A stretch of 64,000 nucleotides of DNA, taken from positions 1,694 through 65,693 of the forward strand of contig CAYVFG010000001.1 in assembly GCA_964450915.1 (NCBI GenBank), given 5' to 3'. A program made the position numbers and the translations under genes. The DNA comes from an uncultured Candidatus Saccharibacteria bacterium. Its GTDB lineage: Bacteria; Patescibacteriota; Andersenbacteria; UBA10190. The notes under the pieces are model-generated. The model searched no databases. It had not been told where the DNA came from and saw only the letters and a list, made by a program, of their open reading frames with translations. Shown here in pieces: positions 28,335-38,515 of the stretch; positions within the stretch are counted from its first letter, which is position 1, and each line of letters opens with the position of its first letter.

Positions 28335-28792
28335 GATCCTGCTCCTGTGCAAGAGTTCCGACGGATTTCAATCCCCACATTGAGAACGAAATCTGCATAT
28401 ACCGTACGCCTAACTACAGCATCCCTGCAAGCGTTTTTGCCGGCCTGCGATAATAAAGAAAAACGAGTACCGATATCGCTATCAGTACTCGACTAAAACA
28501 TACTTCATTTACTCGTCACCACCGACGGTGCACGCAGCCATTCGCCGCTGACACTCCGCACAAGTAGCTACGTGCGCCCCAATAATCGCATGGCTTGTTG
28601 CCTCAAAATCACCAGGACTTTCCGCATAATGCTGAATTAACGGAAACACACGTTCGTGCAATTGCGCTGCGTCGTCCGTCATTTCAATGCGAATGGGTTC
28701 GCGCGCTTGCTCGTTCATAGTAAGCTCCTCCTTTCAAAGAACTGAACTGGTATTAGGTTGGAAACTATATGTAGCATGAGTAATTACTTATG

Positions 28793-29773
28793 TCAAGCTG
28801 CGCTTGATTGATTAGCTGCTTCATCGATTCCTCGCAACTGCCCCGCAACCTCTCTGGCAAACTGAGGGCTTGGCATCCCGGTTTGCTTGTTTATATACTC
28901 TCCGCTTGCAGAAATACGCATAAGAAATCCCTTTGTTTGGTTTTCTTGTAATTCGTTATCTTTCACAAAGTCGTACATCCCTCGGCTAGCTTGGTCCGCA
29001 TATGCGGAGGGTTCTCCTGCCACAGGAAATACTTGCTCCATATTCCATGCTCCGTCCGTCTTTTTTTCCATTGGCTTGAGCTGAAATAAATAGGCAATAT
29101 CGCTTTTGGAACTCAGCCCAACGAGATCGATTTTATTAATTGCATCAACGCGAATGTCATCATGAGGCACAATGTCCCATCCGCATTCTTCGCGAATAAC
29201 CCATTGCAAAGCAACATCTCGCAGAATCCCATTTTTCCATCCATCAAACGTGAGCCCCTTTGGATTTTGATGAAAATACCTGCCTAAATACGTTTCTTGT
29301 GTATTCCAAAAAATAGCTGCTTTTCGAACTGCTTCAGCGGGATTATTTCTGTGATTATCATTCAATTCAGTCAGATACGATGCAATGGAAGATTGCACGG
29401 AAATATTTTCTTCAAACTCTAATGGCAACGAAGACGCTCCTCTTTTTTCCAACCCGCCGAATATTGCATGTTGACTAAGAATAAACGTACCCAGCATTGC
29501 TTGCACGGCAGTCTTGTTTGCCTGCGGCTCTTTTTGGCGATCAGCGATTTGCAAATATTTATCACGAAACCGATGAATAAGTTCCAAGTATTTCGAATCG
29601 CGTTGAGCTTTATTGAGAGTGGCATCGCTGTCCGCCATGTGCTCGGCTGTCTGTCGAATTCTATCTACCTCTACGTTGAAATTCTCCGGAGTAAAGTCTA
29701 TATGAAGAGCTTCCGGCGAAGCAGGCTTCTTGGGCGCCTCACGTTCCGCTCGTGGCATTGTTTCCATTCTCAT
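28793..29773 (-). CDS. Hypothetical protein (326 aa)
   Basis: Long ORF, no recognisable motif. Confidence 0.45.
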   Translation of the reverse strand: MRMETMPRAEREAPKKPASPEALHIDFTPENFNVEVDRIRQTAEHMADSDATLNKAQRDSKYLELIHRFRDKYLQIADRQKEPQANKTAVQAMLGTFILSQHAIFGGLEKRGASSLPLEFEENISVQSSIASYLTELNDNHRNNPAEAVRKAAIFWNTQETYLGRYFHQNPKGLTFDGWKNGILRDVALQWVIREECGWDIVPHDDIRVDAINKIDLVGLSSKSDIAYLFQLKPMEKKTDGAWNMEQVFPVAGEPSAYADQASRGMYDFVKDNELQENQTKGFLMRISASGEYINKQTGMPSPQFAREVAGQLRGIDEAANQSSAA

Positions 29774-29787
29774 ACAAAAATAATACC

Positions 29788-30012
29788 CTACTTTACGCTA
29801 ATCTCCAGCAGCTTTTTGGTACTTGTTCGCCCGCGTGCCAGCCTCACCTGCGTCGTCGGCACGCCATAATACTGCGCCACCAGTTTTATTATCGCCCAAT
29901 TCGCCCGCCCCTTTTCGGGCGCCTCCTTCACATACACAACCAAATTCTCCTCGTCGATTTTCTCAACCCGACTCTCCCGGGCATGAACCTTCGCCTTGAT
30001 TGTGATGTACAT
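29788..30012 (-). CDS. DUF167/YggU-family small protein
   Basis: MYITIKAKVHARESRVEKIDEENLVVYVKEAPEKGRANWAIIKLVAQYYGV resembles the UPF0235 fold signature. Confidence 0.55.
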   Translation of the reverse strand: MYITIKAKVHARESRVEKIDEENLVVYVKEAPEKGRANWAIIKLVAQYYGVPTTQVRLARGRTSTKKLLEISVK

Positions 30013-30179
30013 ATTTAAACTTTAGCATACTGGTCGCTTGCCCTGCGAAGCTCGTAAGCGTAGTAGGGTCATCCCGGACTTGATCCGGGATCCAGAAAAT
30101 CCCTTGCAAACTCACGAACACTTTCGGAACAATAGAAATATTGAAAAATTAATCACTTATTTTCAATTTAATCATACAT

Positions 30180-30389
30180 ATGAAACCAAAATATCTTCGA
30201 AATAGCGGTAAGCAATGGACACCACAAGAGCAAATAACTCTTTTAAATTTGGCTATGCGAAATACACCAACACGAGTAATAGGGCTCGAATTAGGAAGAC
30301 CTGAAGCAGGCGTTTATGCGAAAGCAAGAGAGCTTGGCATCAGTCTTCATCCAACAAATCAATCTCCCTATAACCGAAGGGCAAAATAG
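30180..30389 (+). CDS. Small putative helix-turn-helix protein (69 aa) at the edge of the AT-rich island
   Basis: WTPQEQITLLNLAMRNTPTRVIGLELGRPEAGVYAKARELGISL resembles an HTH. Confidence 0.35.
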   Translation: MKPKYLRNSGKQWTPQEQITLLNLAMRNTPTRVIGLELGRPEAGVYAKARELGISLHPTNQSPYNRRAK

Positions 30390-30506
30390 GAAAAAATTAT
30401 AACTTCTTTAATAGCGCCTGGTATAGGATCGATTTTTTTCAAGCGTATCTCTTTCTGCATCACGTGGTAGGAATTTACAATCCTATATATTCGCAAGAAT
30501 CGACTT

Positions 30507-31847
30507 CTAAACGATTCGAATATTTACCCTGTCTTTAGCGACACAGATCGAATTATTTATAGCATAGCATTCGACATAAGATCTGCTCGGAAATGCAGTG
30601 CTCTCTATACCATTTTTCGTACCGCCTTTAGTAATTTCACCTCTTGGATCTTTAGAATTATCACTATTCTTAACCTTCCACCAATAATCATCTGCTCCGG
30701 TTTCATTATTTCTGATAGAAAATCTTATTTTTCGTGTCCTATGACCGCCCGAGGAAACGCCATTTTTTCTTAAAAGAGGCGTTGCTTTTAACCAGCCATG
30801 CAAGAAGCCGCTAAGGGGGTGAACATTCCCATCAATTTTAAATACCAGGCCCTGATCAATCAGAGTTTTGATTTTAAAATCGAATAGATATTCTTCCGAT
30901 GCTATTCTTGAAGTAAAATCAATTTCCATTAGTTTTTCTATCGAACCTTCTTCGCTGAGTCGCTCTAGCTTGATTAGAAAATTATCCCTCGCTGTTTTGA
31001 TTTTTTCCTTCTGAACCTCCGTTAGCTTGTCTAGATAGTCATCAATAAATTTATCGCTATTTGCACGGTCATGAATTTGGTTAGGCTTATTTATTATATC
31101 CGGCAATTCAACAAAAAATTTAAAAATGGCATCAAATATCTCTAGATTATTGTTCTCTTGGAAAAATATTGTGACAATTTGCTCAAGATGAAATGACTTT
31201 AGTTTGAGCTCATTATCCATGTCTTCCAAATTATTTTTCCATTTTTTGACAATCTTGGAAGTTTTTCTAAATTCTCCGCTGGTAGCATTATCTATTTCCG
31301 AAGCCACTTTAATATATCCCCTAGGATCAGATGTAATCCATCCCATATCGCCATGCTGCTGCGAAAGCTTCTCATAATACATAGTACGGTTTTTATGTTT
31401 TTCCTGAATCACTTCCGGCACCTTATATACATCTTCACTAAATTCATTTTTTGAGAAAATATAAACAGGAACAATATCAACAGAGAATACCTCCTCGCTA
31501 CTCTCAAAATATGCAACAGTTACAGAGTGGGTTTGTAGCTGCACTTTAATCTTATAATCAGTAGGGTTGCTATAGTCGCTTTCAATTTTATCCCGCAATT
31601 CTTCTAAAGAGTCTAATGGATTATGAATATTTTCATCCCAATTTCCCAAAAAATACAGGATATCAAGGTCCTGTACATGGGTAATAGCTGTAAATCGCGG
31701 ATACGATCCAATTTGGATACAATTATTATCCCCTAGCAAATCCTGAAAAGATTCGTAGATCTCCTTAATTTGTTCCCGCTCACCCTCCTTCGGAGATAGC
31801 GTTCGTGCGTAACTCCGTAACTTTTCGTTAAACTTATCTTTTTTCAT
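30507..31847 (-). CDS. Minimal nucleotidyltransferase, SMODS/CD-NTase-like (446 aa) with uncharacterised C-terminal region
   Basis: IGSYPRFTAITHVQDLDILYFL (GS...DxD NTase motif) and downstream FSVDIVP third acidic residue; AT-rich. Confidence 0.5.
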   Translation of the reverse strand: MKKDKFNEKLRSYARTLSPKEGEREQIKEIYESFQDLLGDNNCIQIGSYPRFTAITHVQDLDILYFLGNWDENIHNPLDSLEELRDKIESDYSNPTDYKIKVQLQTHSVTVAYFESSEEVFSVDIVPVYIFSKNEFSEDVYKVPEVIQEKHKNRTMYYEKLSQQHGDMGWITSDPRGYIKVASEIDNATSGEFRKTSKIVKKWKNNLEDMDNELKLKSFHLEQIVTIFFQENNNLEIFDAIFKFFVELPDIINKPNQIHDRANSDKFIDDYLDKLTEVQKEKIKTARDNFLIKLERLSEEGSIEKLMEIDFTSRIASEEYLFDFKIKTLIDQGLVFKIDGNVHPLSGFLHGWLKATPLLRKNGVSSGGHRTRKIRFSIRNNETGADDYWWKVKNSDNSKDPRGEITKGGTKNGIESTAFPSRSYVECYAINNSICVAKDRVNIRIV

Positions 31848-32391
31848 AACTCGTGGTGATCATTGATATCATGATGTCGTTAAGTAATCGGCCACGAAAA
31901 TTACTAAGGATCACATTGCGTATTTCGTTAATTTTTTTGATCTCAGTAATAGGGATTGATCCAAGCTCTTGAGGAGCATATATAATAAGTGCTGTCTGGT
32001 CGTTTTTCTGCCTTAAAATATCGTCTATTGAATCAGCCCAATCATGCCAAAATATTAAAAAAAGTGTAGCTTTTTCAGCACGACCAATATCACGCCTATC
32101 CATTATTTCAATAATATTCTTATCACTAAACAGTTCCGAATCTAAGAGCATATTCTTTAAATGTGGAAGGTTTTCACCTTTTGCAAAAACTGCAATTTTC
32201 CTCCTAGCAAGACCATTTCCTAACCTAAGCAACGCTGGCCATATGCCTATAGCCCAAGTAATTACTCCAGCTACCACAGTAATCAGGACAACAAGCGTAC
32301 TTAGTCTCCCCAACCAATCAATTACTGTTAAAAAATCCATAATTACAATATTAGAATGAAAAGTAGAACGTGTAAATACGTTCTTGTGCAC
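31834..32391 (-). CDS. 2TM membrane protein with C-terminal Rossmann/TIR/SLOG-like domain, translationally coupled to the NTase (putative effector)
   Basis: Two N-terminal TM helices (LVVLITVVAGVITWAIGIWPALL); alternating beta-strand/helix pattern IAVFAKG...ATLFLIFW...ALIIYAP; 14-nt overlap with downstream NTase. Confidence 0.4.
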   Translation of the reverse strand: MHKNVFTRSTFHSNIVIMDFLTVIDWLGRLSTLVVLITVVAGVITWAIGIWPALLRLGNGLARRKIAVFAKGENLPHLKNMLLDSELFSDKNIIEIMDRRDIGRAEKATLFLIFWHDWADSIDDILRQKNDQTALIIYAPQELGSIPITEIKKINEIRNVILSNFRGRLLNDIMISMITTSYEKR

Positions 32392-32417
32392 ATCTTATCC
32401 ACAGGTATAATGAAAAT

Positions 32418-33038
32418 ATGTCCAAACTATTACCAAAGCTTCATCCGACGCAAAAAAAAATTCTTGATCTCTTAAAAGAGCATTCTGATAATCCCCTTAC
32501 GATGATTGAGCTCAAAGACTTGGTCGGAGCCTCCTCTACGAGTGTAATTCATCACCACATATTACGCTTAGAGAAGAAGGGGTACTTGAGACGCAACCCA
32601 TCAAATCCTAGAGACTACAGAATTCTTACAGATTCCCCAGATAACTATATGGCATATATTAATTTGTATGGCCTCGCACAGTGCGGTCCTAACGGATCGC
32701 TTCTGGAAGGAGATCCTGTTGATCGTATTAAGATGGAGTCTCGAATGTTAGGTTTTCCATCCGAAGAAGCGTTCATGGTACAGGCTAAGGGTAACTCGAT
32801 GGCACCTCACATTAAGTCTGGAAATTTAGTAATTGCACAAAAGACACAAGACTTTAGTAGGCTAAATGGGAAAGTAGTTGTTTGTGTTAATGATGGAAAA
32901 GCGCTGATTAAAAAAATGACAATTCAAAATCAAGAAATATTACTATCTTCGTTTAATGAAAAATATCATCCATTTGCCGCGGCGGATGATTTTCGAGTGG
33001 AAGGACTAGTTCGCGGAGTCCTGTCGAGATCGTTCTAG
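32418..33038 (+). CDS. LexA-like repressor (N-terminal winged HTH + C-terminal S24 peptidase domain)
   Basis: GNSMAPHIKSGNLVIAQ (Ser nucleophile) ... VVVCVNDGKALIKKM (Lys general base); divergent from the NTase operon. Confidence 0.7.
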   Translation: MSKLLPKLHPTQKKILDLLKEHSDNPLTMIELKDLVGASSTSVIHHHILRLEKKGYLRRNPSNPRDYRILTDSPDNYMAYINLYGLAQCGPNGSLLEGDPVDRIKMESRMLGFPSEEAFMVQAKGNSMAPHIKSGNLVIAQKTQDFSRLNGKVVVCVNDGKALIKKMTIQNQEILLSSFNEKYHPFAAADDFRVEGLVRGVLSRSF

Positions 33039-33091
33039 TCCGAACTATTCTTTTTGGTCAAAAATAATCAATCTTCTGATTTAGCAATTCG

Positions 33092-35428
33092 TTAAAGTAA
33101 TTCCATGAAATCAACCCAGGAGGTATTATCATTTACTTCAAAACCATCCACAGATTCGTTATCGCATTTCCAAATACCGCCTATGTTTGCCACGATGCCA
33201 CCGACAATGTTTTTACCTTGCTTGTTCCATTTTTGTATGTAGGCATACAGGCCCTTTGATTTGTCGATTGTTTCAAATGATTCCACAGTCTGTTTTTTCT
33301 TTGTATCAAATAATCCGATGCGCCCATCTTTGAACTGGACTATAAAATCAACATAAAATGCATCTACGGTATGCGTGCTTCTATTCTCGTACGGCACTGC
33401 AAAATGCTCGCTTCCGTGATCGCCATTCTTATACCACCATGCAATTTTTTCGCTATTTGCTTCTAGGAAGTCCATGAAAGCCGTTTCGTTGATTCTGCCA
33501 GTGTATTCTTTGCGAATATAGCAGGGGGCCATAGCAGCGAGCTTGTACTGCTCTAAGGCCTCGTATTCGTCCGTATAGGATAATTGATCTGGTACATTCC
33601 ATAGCCTTCCTGCTTGGCTCATAGCAAACTGTTGTTTTGCTTCTATTTCTTCACGTCGAACCGGACCATATACAGCAAGTGCCTTGTCGATTATATGCCT
33701 CAATTCACTCTTCTCTTTTTTTGCCATGTCATTGACGAGGATTTTATATATCTCGTAGCTGTCGCTATCAACAATGCTTTTGATCCATACGCGCAACGCT
33801 GATTTGAGCGTGCCCCATGATCGTTCAGGAGCATATTTTTTGCCGTTATCTTCTTGTATCGTTAATATCTCATAGCAATATAAGTTGAACAGTTTTTCTA
33901 AGTCATTGTGCGATATTTCGTGCTCCAATTCTTTATCGCTTTTGCGTATCTCTTTAATAAAATCGTCATACACTTTAATTTCTGCATCTACGATCAAGCG
34001 ATTGTTCAGCTTAAAGTTTTTCAGCTCAAATTTCTTTTTTACCTTAGCAAGTTTTGCAGTGAGAATATCGGAGCCTGTTATGCCGAGTTCGCTGTCTGCG
34101 ACTTCTGCAAAAGTAGTTTGAAACGATGCACCCAGGTCGCCATAGTCTGTACGGCTCAAATAGATTGATTCTAGATCAATATTTTCGACGCCTTTTCTCT
34201 TATTACTTATCAGACTAGTAGCTTTATTTTTTGTGCCTTCCGGTAGCTTGATTTCGTTCTTCTTATAGTTCGTATACAGATAAGCGATGTTGATTAAAGG
34301 CTGTGTTGCATAATGATATCCACGAGGCATACGCAATATACGGCCTACGGTTTGCTCGTGAAAAATAGGACTTTTCACTTCTCGAAACATGACGAGTATG
34401 CTGGCTCGTGGGCAATCCCAGCCGGTAGCTGCCGCTTGTTTAAATATCAAAAATTGCACACTTGATCGATTACTTTCAACGGCTTCAAGATTCTCTTTTT
34501 CTTTTGATAGCCAAACTGCAATCTCATTTTCTTTCACGCCTTTTTGCTTTAGGTATCTTTTTACAGTTTCAAGTTTGCTTTCAGTCTCAACGTCTTTCTT
34601 CTCTGATTCGTCACTAGGAAGCTGGATCAATACAAGCGGGTTTATGTCCTCGTCGATTTCTTGGTATGCGCGTAAAAGCTCGAGACGTTTATTGTACGCC
34701 ATTTCAAGCAACATTCTGTCTTGGTCATCTTCCGTTACTTTTGCAAAGTCTTCTTTTGTTTGTACGACAATTTTTTCTTTGATCAATCCTTGCTCAATAA
34801 CGTCTTCGTGTCGAACGTATACATATCCGGCCTTGCCGTCGTCTTCATCTTCTCGGCTTGGTACGTTTATCGGGGTAGCTGTTACGTGAACGATAATGCG
34901 AGGGCTTATAAGTTCAACCAAGTCATCTGCGAGCGTTGTGCTTGCGTCTCTGTGTGCCTCGTCAATAAGCAATACGATTTCTCGGCCATCTTCTTGGGTA
35001 TTGCGTATAAATTCATCAAATGTCGTGTTTTGTTCGCCTTCTCTGCGTAGTAAGCGGTTTTCTTTACTTGTCGATTTTAGTTTTTGCCAGTTGATAAAGA
35101 ATATCTCGTTTTTCTTCAACTTCTTTTCCTTCAAATCGTTCAAGTCTGTTAACTGTAATTCGCTTGCACCGCCATAATACTCGAAAAACTTTTTCTTGCT
35201 TTGTTCATATGATTCTTCACTGAAACTAACCCATACATATGCTCGGTCCGCATCAAATTGAGGATCATTTACAAGATCACGCAAGAAATGTGCCATCACT
35301 ACAGTCTTTCCACTACCTGTAGGAGCTTTAAACGTAAGCGGTAATTGTTTGTTGCCGGTTTCCCATAGAGTAAGAAACTTCTTTCGTAATTCGGTAATCG
35401 CTGTTTGTTGGAATGGCTTTAGTTTCAT
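33092..35428 (-). CDS. Type III restriction enzyme Res subunit (SF2 helicase/endonuclease)
   Basis: APTGSGKT Walker A, LIDEAHR DEAH box, helicase C motifs; 4-nt overlap with the upstream mod gene. Confidence 0.8.
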   Translation of the reverse strand: MKLKPFQQTAITELRKKFLTLWETGNKQLPLTFKAPTGSGKTVVMAHFLRDLVNDPQFDADRAYVWVSFSEESYEQSKKKFFEYYGGASELQLTDLNDLKEKKLKKNEIFFINWQKLKSTSKENRLLRREGEQNTTFDEFIRNTQEDGREIVLLIDEAHRDASTTLADDLVELISPRIIVHVTATPINVPSREDEDDGKAGYVYVRHEDVIEQGLIKEKIVVQTKEDFAKVTEDDQDRMLLEMAYNKRLELLRAYQEIDEDINPLVLIQLPSDESEKKDVETESKLETVKRYLKQKGVKENEIAVWLSKEKENLEAVESNRSSVQFLIFKQAAATGWDCPRASILVMFREVKSPIFHEQTVGRILRMPRGYHYATQPLINIAYLYTNYKKNEIKLPEGTKNKATSLISNKRKGVENIDLESIYLSRTDYGDLGASFQTTFAEVADSELGITGSDILTAKLAKVKKKFELKNFKLNNRLIVDAEIKVYDDFIKEIRKSDKELEHEISHNDLEKLFNLYCYEILTIQEDNGKKYAPERSWGTLKSALRVWIKSIVDSDSYEIYKILVNDMAKKEKSELRHIIDKALAVYGPVRREEIEAKQQFAMSQAGRLWNVPDQLSYTDEYEALEQYKLAAMAPCYIRKEYTGRINETAFMDFLEANSEKIAWWYKNGDHGSEHFAVPYENRSTHTVDAFYVDFIVQFKDGRIGLFDTKKKQTVESFETIDKSKGLYAYIQKWNKQGKNIVGGIVANIGGIWKCDNESVDGFEVNDNTSWVDFMELL

Positions 35429-37101
35429 AGCTCGGCATTTATCTGCTTATATACTTCGATAATTGGCTCAGGTATATCGTTTACGGTAATGTTTGGAAAT
35501 TCTGCAAAGTCATCTTGATATTGACCTGTAGTCCAAGAGAAAATATATAGAGCGACTTTTTCTAGCTTTGCCAGCTTCTTTGTTAGTTCGGGCAGTTTTC
35601 GCATGTCTTCTCGAAAATATATCGCGCAATGTCGCTTGCCATCTGTAAAAATCTGATAGTACTCAGTTTCATCCGTTTTTTCCCTCAATGTGTTTTCACG
35701 CAATGCAATCATCTCGCCTATATGACGAGCAAGCCTCACTCTGTCGTCATCAGTTACTTCATCTTCACTGTTTTTTTGAACAAAGTTTCGGCGATAATAT
35801 CTTAAATTACCTGGAATAGGATTTACTATTTTTCCATTATACTCATAACCCTCTATTACTTTTTTAATACGAGGGTAACAAACTCTTTCTGCGATAGCAT
35901 TCTCGTTGTTTGTGCATAAAATAAATTGCCTCTGACCCCCGTCTTCTTTATTGAGCATCATTGCAGCATGCCCAGTAGTTCCCGACCCTGCAAAGAAATC
36001 TAGGACTACTGCATCTTGCTTCGCCCCGTGACGCAAAAAGAATTTTATCAGTTCTGTTGGTTTTGGATTTTCAAATATATCTTTTTTACCAAAAATTCTT
36101 GTTAATTCGTTAGTTCCATCTGTAGTAGTTGCAACATCAAGTAGGATGCTTCTTTCTTTGATTTTTTTCACCTCTCCTTCTTTGAAATAGATTTTTTCAT
36201 ACGATAACCATTTTCCTCTTTTCTTTTGCCAAAAAATCAGATCTTTCTCAACTAGCATATTCATTCGTTTCTTACCTACGCGCCATCGCCCATCACCACC
36301 ATCGGGAGCAATAGGATAAACATTTTTTCCGTCAGGAGATTTAATCGAGAAATACATTTTTGGCCTATCTTCTCGTCGAGCTGTATTACCCCATTTCGCT
36401 AATTTGACTGCTGTAAACTTCCCGCTTTGATCTTCTTTATTAAATTCTGATTCTTCAATAAGTATTTCTTCGTCAAGCCATTTAAATTCTTGAGATCTAG
36501 CATATACAAGAACATACTCATGCTCTGTAACAAAATAAGCATCCGCTTGACCTCCGCCTTCCTTTTTTCTCCAAATTAGAGTTCCAACAAAATTATTCTC
36601 ATCAAAGATTTCATCACAAAGCATCCTTAACGGTGCTTGCTCATTATTATCGATACTAATAAAAATTGCTCCTGTTGATTTTAGAAGAGACTTCGCAATT
36701 TTAAGACGTTTTTCCATAAAAGAAAGCCAGGCACTGTGCCGAAAACCATCTTCTTTATCAACAAGCTTGTCATTATATATAAAATCGTTATTGCCAGTGT
36801 TATAAGGCGGATCAATATAAATAACATCTATTTTTCCCGTATGAGTATATCTCAAAACTGAAAGCGCATGATAATTATCACCCTCAATCATTATATTCGT
36901 AGGACCTGTTTCGTCATTGCGTATATCTTTATCGTTTACTGGTTCCAATATTGGAAAATTGTTTTTGCACATTTCCGCAACATCTTCAGGTTTATCCCTC
37001 CATACAAGACCATACTTCTTTCCATTTAAAACGTTTTCAAGCTCGTGCACGAGCTCTTCTTTTGTTAGTTTTGAATAGTCTTTTTTCTTTAGTCTGCTCA
37101 C
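35425..37101 (-). CDS. Type III DNA methyltransferase Mod subunit (N6-adenine, DPPY)
   Basis: VIYIDPPYNTGNNDF catalytic motif; FFAGSGTTGHAA AdoMet motif. Confidence 0.8.
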   Translation of the reverse strand: MSRLKKKDYSKLTKEELVHELENVLNGKKYGLVWRDKPEDVAEMCKNNFPILEPVNDKDIRNDETGPTNIMIEGDNYHALSVLRYTHTGKIDVIYIDPPYNTGNNDFIYNDKLVDKEDGFRHSAWLSFMEKRLKIAKSLLKSTGAIFISIDNNEQAPLRMLCDEIFDENNFVGTLIWRKKEGGGQADAYFVTEHEYVLVYARSQEFKWLDEEILIEESEFNKEDQSGKFTAVKLAKWGNTARREDRPKMYFSIKSPDGKNVYPIAPDGGDGRWRVGKKRMNMLVEKDLIFWQKKRGKWLSYEKIYFKEGEVKKIKERSILLDVATTTDGTNELTRIFGKKDIFENPKPTELIKFFLRHGAKQDAVVLDFFAGSGTTGHAAMMLNKEDGGQRQFILCTNNENAIAERVCYPRIKKVIEGYEYNGKIVNPIPGNLRYYRRNFVQKNSEDEVTDDDRVRLARHIGEMIALRENTLREKTDETEYYQIFTDGKRHCAIYFREDMRKLPELTKKLAKLEKVALYIFSWTTGQYQDDFAEFPNITVNDIPEPIIEVYKQINAEL

Positions 37102-37176
37102 AATATCAACACTACAACATAAAACGGTCCTTCACACACTCAATATAGCCCAGGGAGGTACATTTTGCGAACGTTC

Positions 37177-37887
37177 TCAGTTCTTGAGCATCCCCTCTTC
37201 CCGAAAACTGAAAAACTCTGTTTTACTGATAATAACGTGATCGAGCAGGCCAATACCCATTAATATTCCGGCGTCGAATAGTCGTTTTGTAACCTCGATA
37301 TCCGCTTCGCTGGGATGCGGGTCGCCGGATGGATGATTGTGCGATACTGCGATACTTGCAGCATGATGGGATATGGCCGCTTGGAATGTTTCGCGAGGAT
37401 GGACGAGGCTGGAATTGAGCGTGCCTACGGTAAGCAAGTCCGTGCCTACTATCCTGTTTCTATTATCAAACGAAATAACGTAAAAATGTTCTTTATTCCA
37501 GTTTCGGATTTCTTGGCGAATATGTTCCGCAATATGCTCAGGAGATGCGACGGCGCGTGCAGTATTTTTTATTTTCTCTTTACTACGTTCAGTTTTTAAA
37601 ACTCTTCTGGCAATTTCTAGACTTGCTTTTAATTGCAACGCTTTTGCAGACCCAAGGCCTTTAATATTTTGCAAATCTTCAAGCGATGCATTAACGATGC
37701 TATCTAATGATCCGAACGTTGCCATAAGTTCTTTTGCGATATCCATAACCGGATTACCTGCAACACCTCGACCTATTAACACAGCGAGTAATTCTTGAGC
37801 GGATATTTTTTCGGCACCATCTTTTATCATTCGCTCGCGCGGACGTTCTTCGAATGGTAAATCATGAACGGTGAAGGAGCTCTTCAT
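37177..37887 (-). CDS. radC: RadC-like JAB/MPN domain protein
   Basis: N-terminal HhH region; HNHPSGDPHPSEADIEVTKRL JAMM motif. Confidence 0.85.
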   Translation of the reverse strand: MKSSFTVHDLPFEERPRERMIKDGAEKISAQELLAVLIGRGVAGNPVMDIAKELMATFGSLDSIVNASLEDLQNIKGLGSAKALQLKASLEIARRVLKTERSKEKIKNTARAVASPEHIAEHIRQEIRNWNKEHFYVISFDNRNRIVGTDLLTVGTLNSSLVHPRETFQAAISHHAASIAVSHNHPSGDPHPSEADIEVTKRLFDAGILMGIGLLDHVIISKTEFFSFREEGMLKN

Positions 37888-38515
37888 ACATACAGTATAG
37901 CCCTTCGACTTGGCTCAGAGTAATTTGCACAGGCAAAATAAAAACGCGTGGGCCAATGGCACCACGCGCATACACACAACGACTACCTACACACGAACCC
38001 CATAGCGCTTCGCCTTGCCGTTTGTAAGTCGCCTGCTGCGGGATGATTTCTGCTTATCCCTGGATAGCAACCAAGCCAAATGATCGCGCCTTTGAGCAAG
38101 AATCCTCATGCTGTTCGAGAACGTACTCACAAGCGCAGCAGATTCCGGTGCATTCAAGAATTCCGTCACCGCACGAACGAGAGTATCGGCAGGCCCACGA
38201 ATATTCCCGATCGTTTTTTGGGTTGCGTGTTCCAATTTATGGATGACTTCATCGCAAGAAGCTGTGAGATTGGAAATCTGTGAGTAATCAACCTGAGTCT
38301 TCACGTGATCTCTCCTATAAAGAACCTTCGAAATCTTCCGGACCAAAGATACTGTATGCCCAACTCTGGATAGATGTCAACGTTCATGAACAGTGAAGGA
38401 GTTCTTCGTAATTGCAGTATAATAGCCCCCACTACGCCAAGGCTTCGCGGGGTTACTTGCAAAGGCAAGTAAAAATTAAAACACGGCATCACTTGATACC
38501 GTGCGACATGCATCC

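Noticed and set aside
27624-28496. 290-aa plus-strand ORF overlapping the VOC gene and the 27906-28334 ORF
   Set aside because: It starts inside the VOC gene on the opposite strand, has extremely Arg/Ser-rich composition and no RBS; judged spurious.
30065-30090. Palindrome gtcatcccggacttgatccgggat as a terminator or transposon end
   Set aside because: No flanking T-tract on either strand and no matching inverted partner elsewhere in the window; noted only as a possible REP-like element near the island boundary.
38380-38480. Hairpin tacttgc-aaag-gcaagta resembling the array stems
   Set aside because: Stem orientation (CTTGC...GCAAG) is the inverse of the array hairpins (AGCAAG...CTTGCT), it is solitary, and no T-tract or promoter context is present; probably coincidental.
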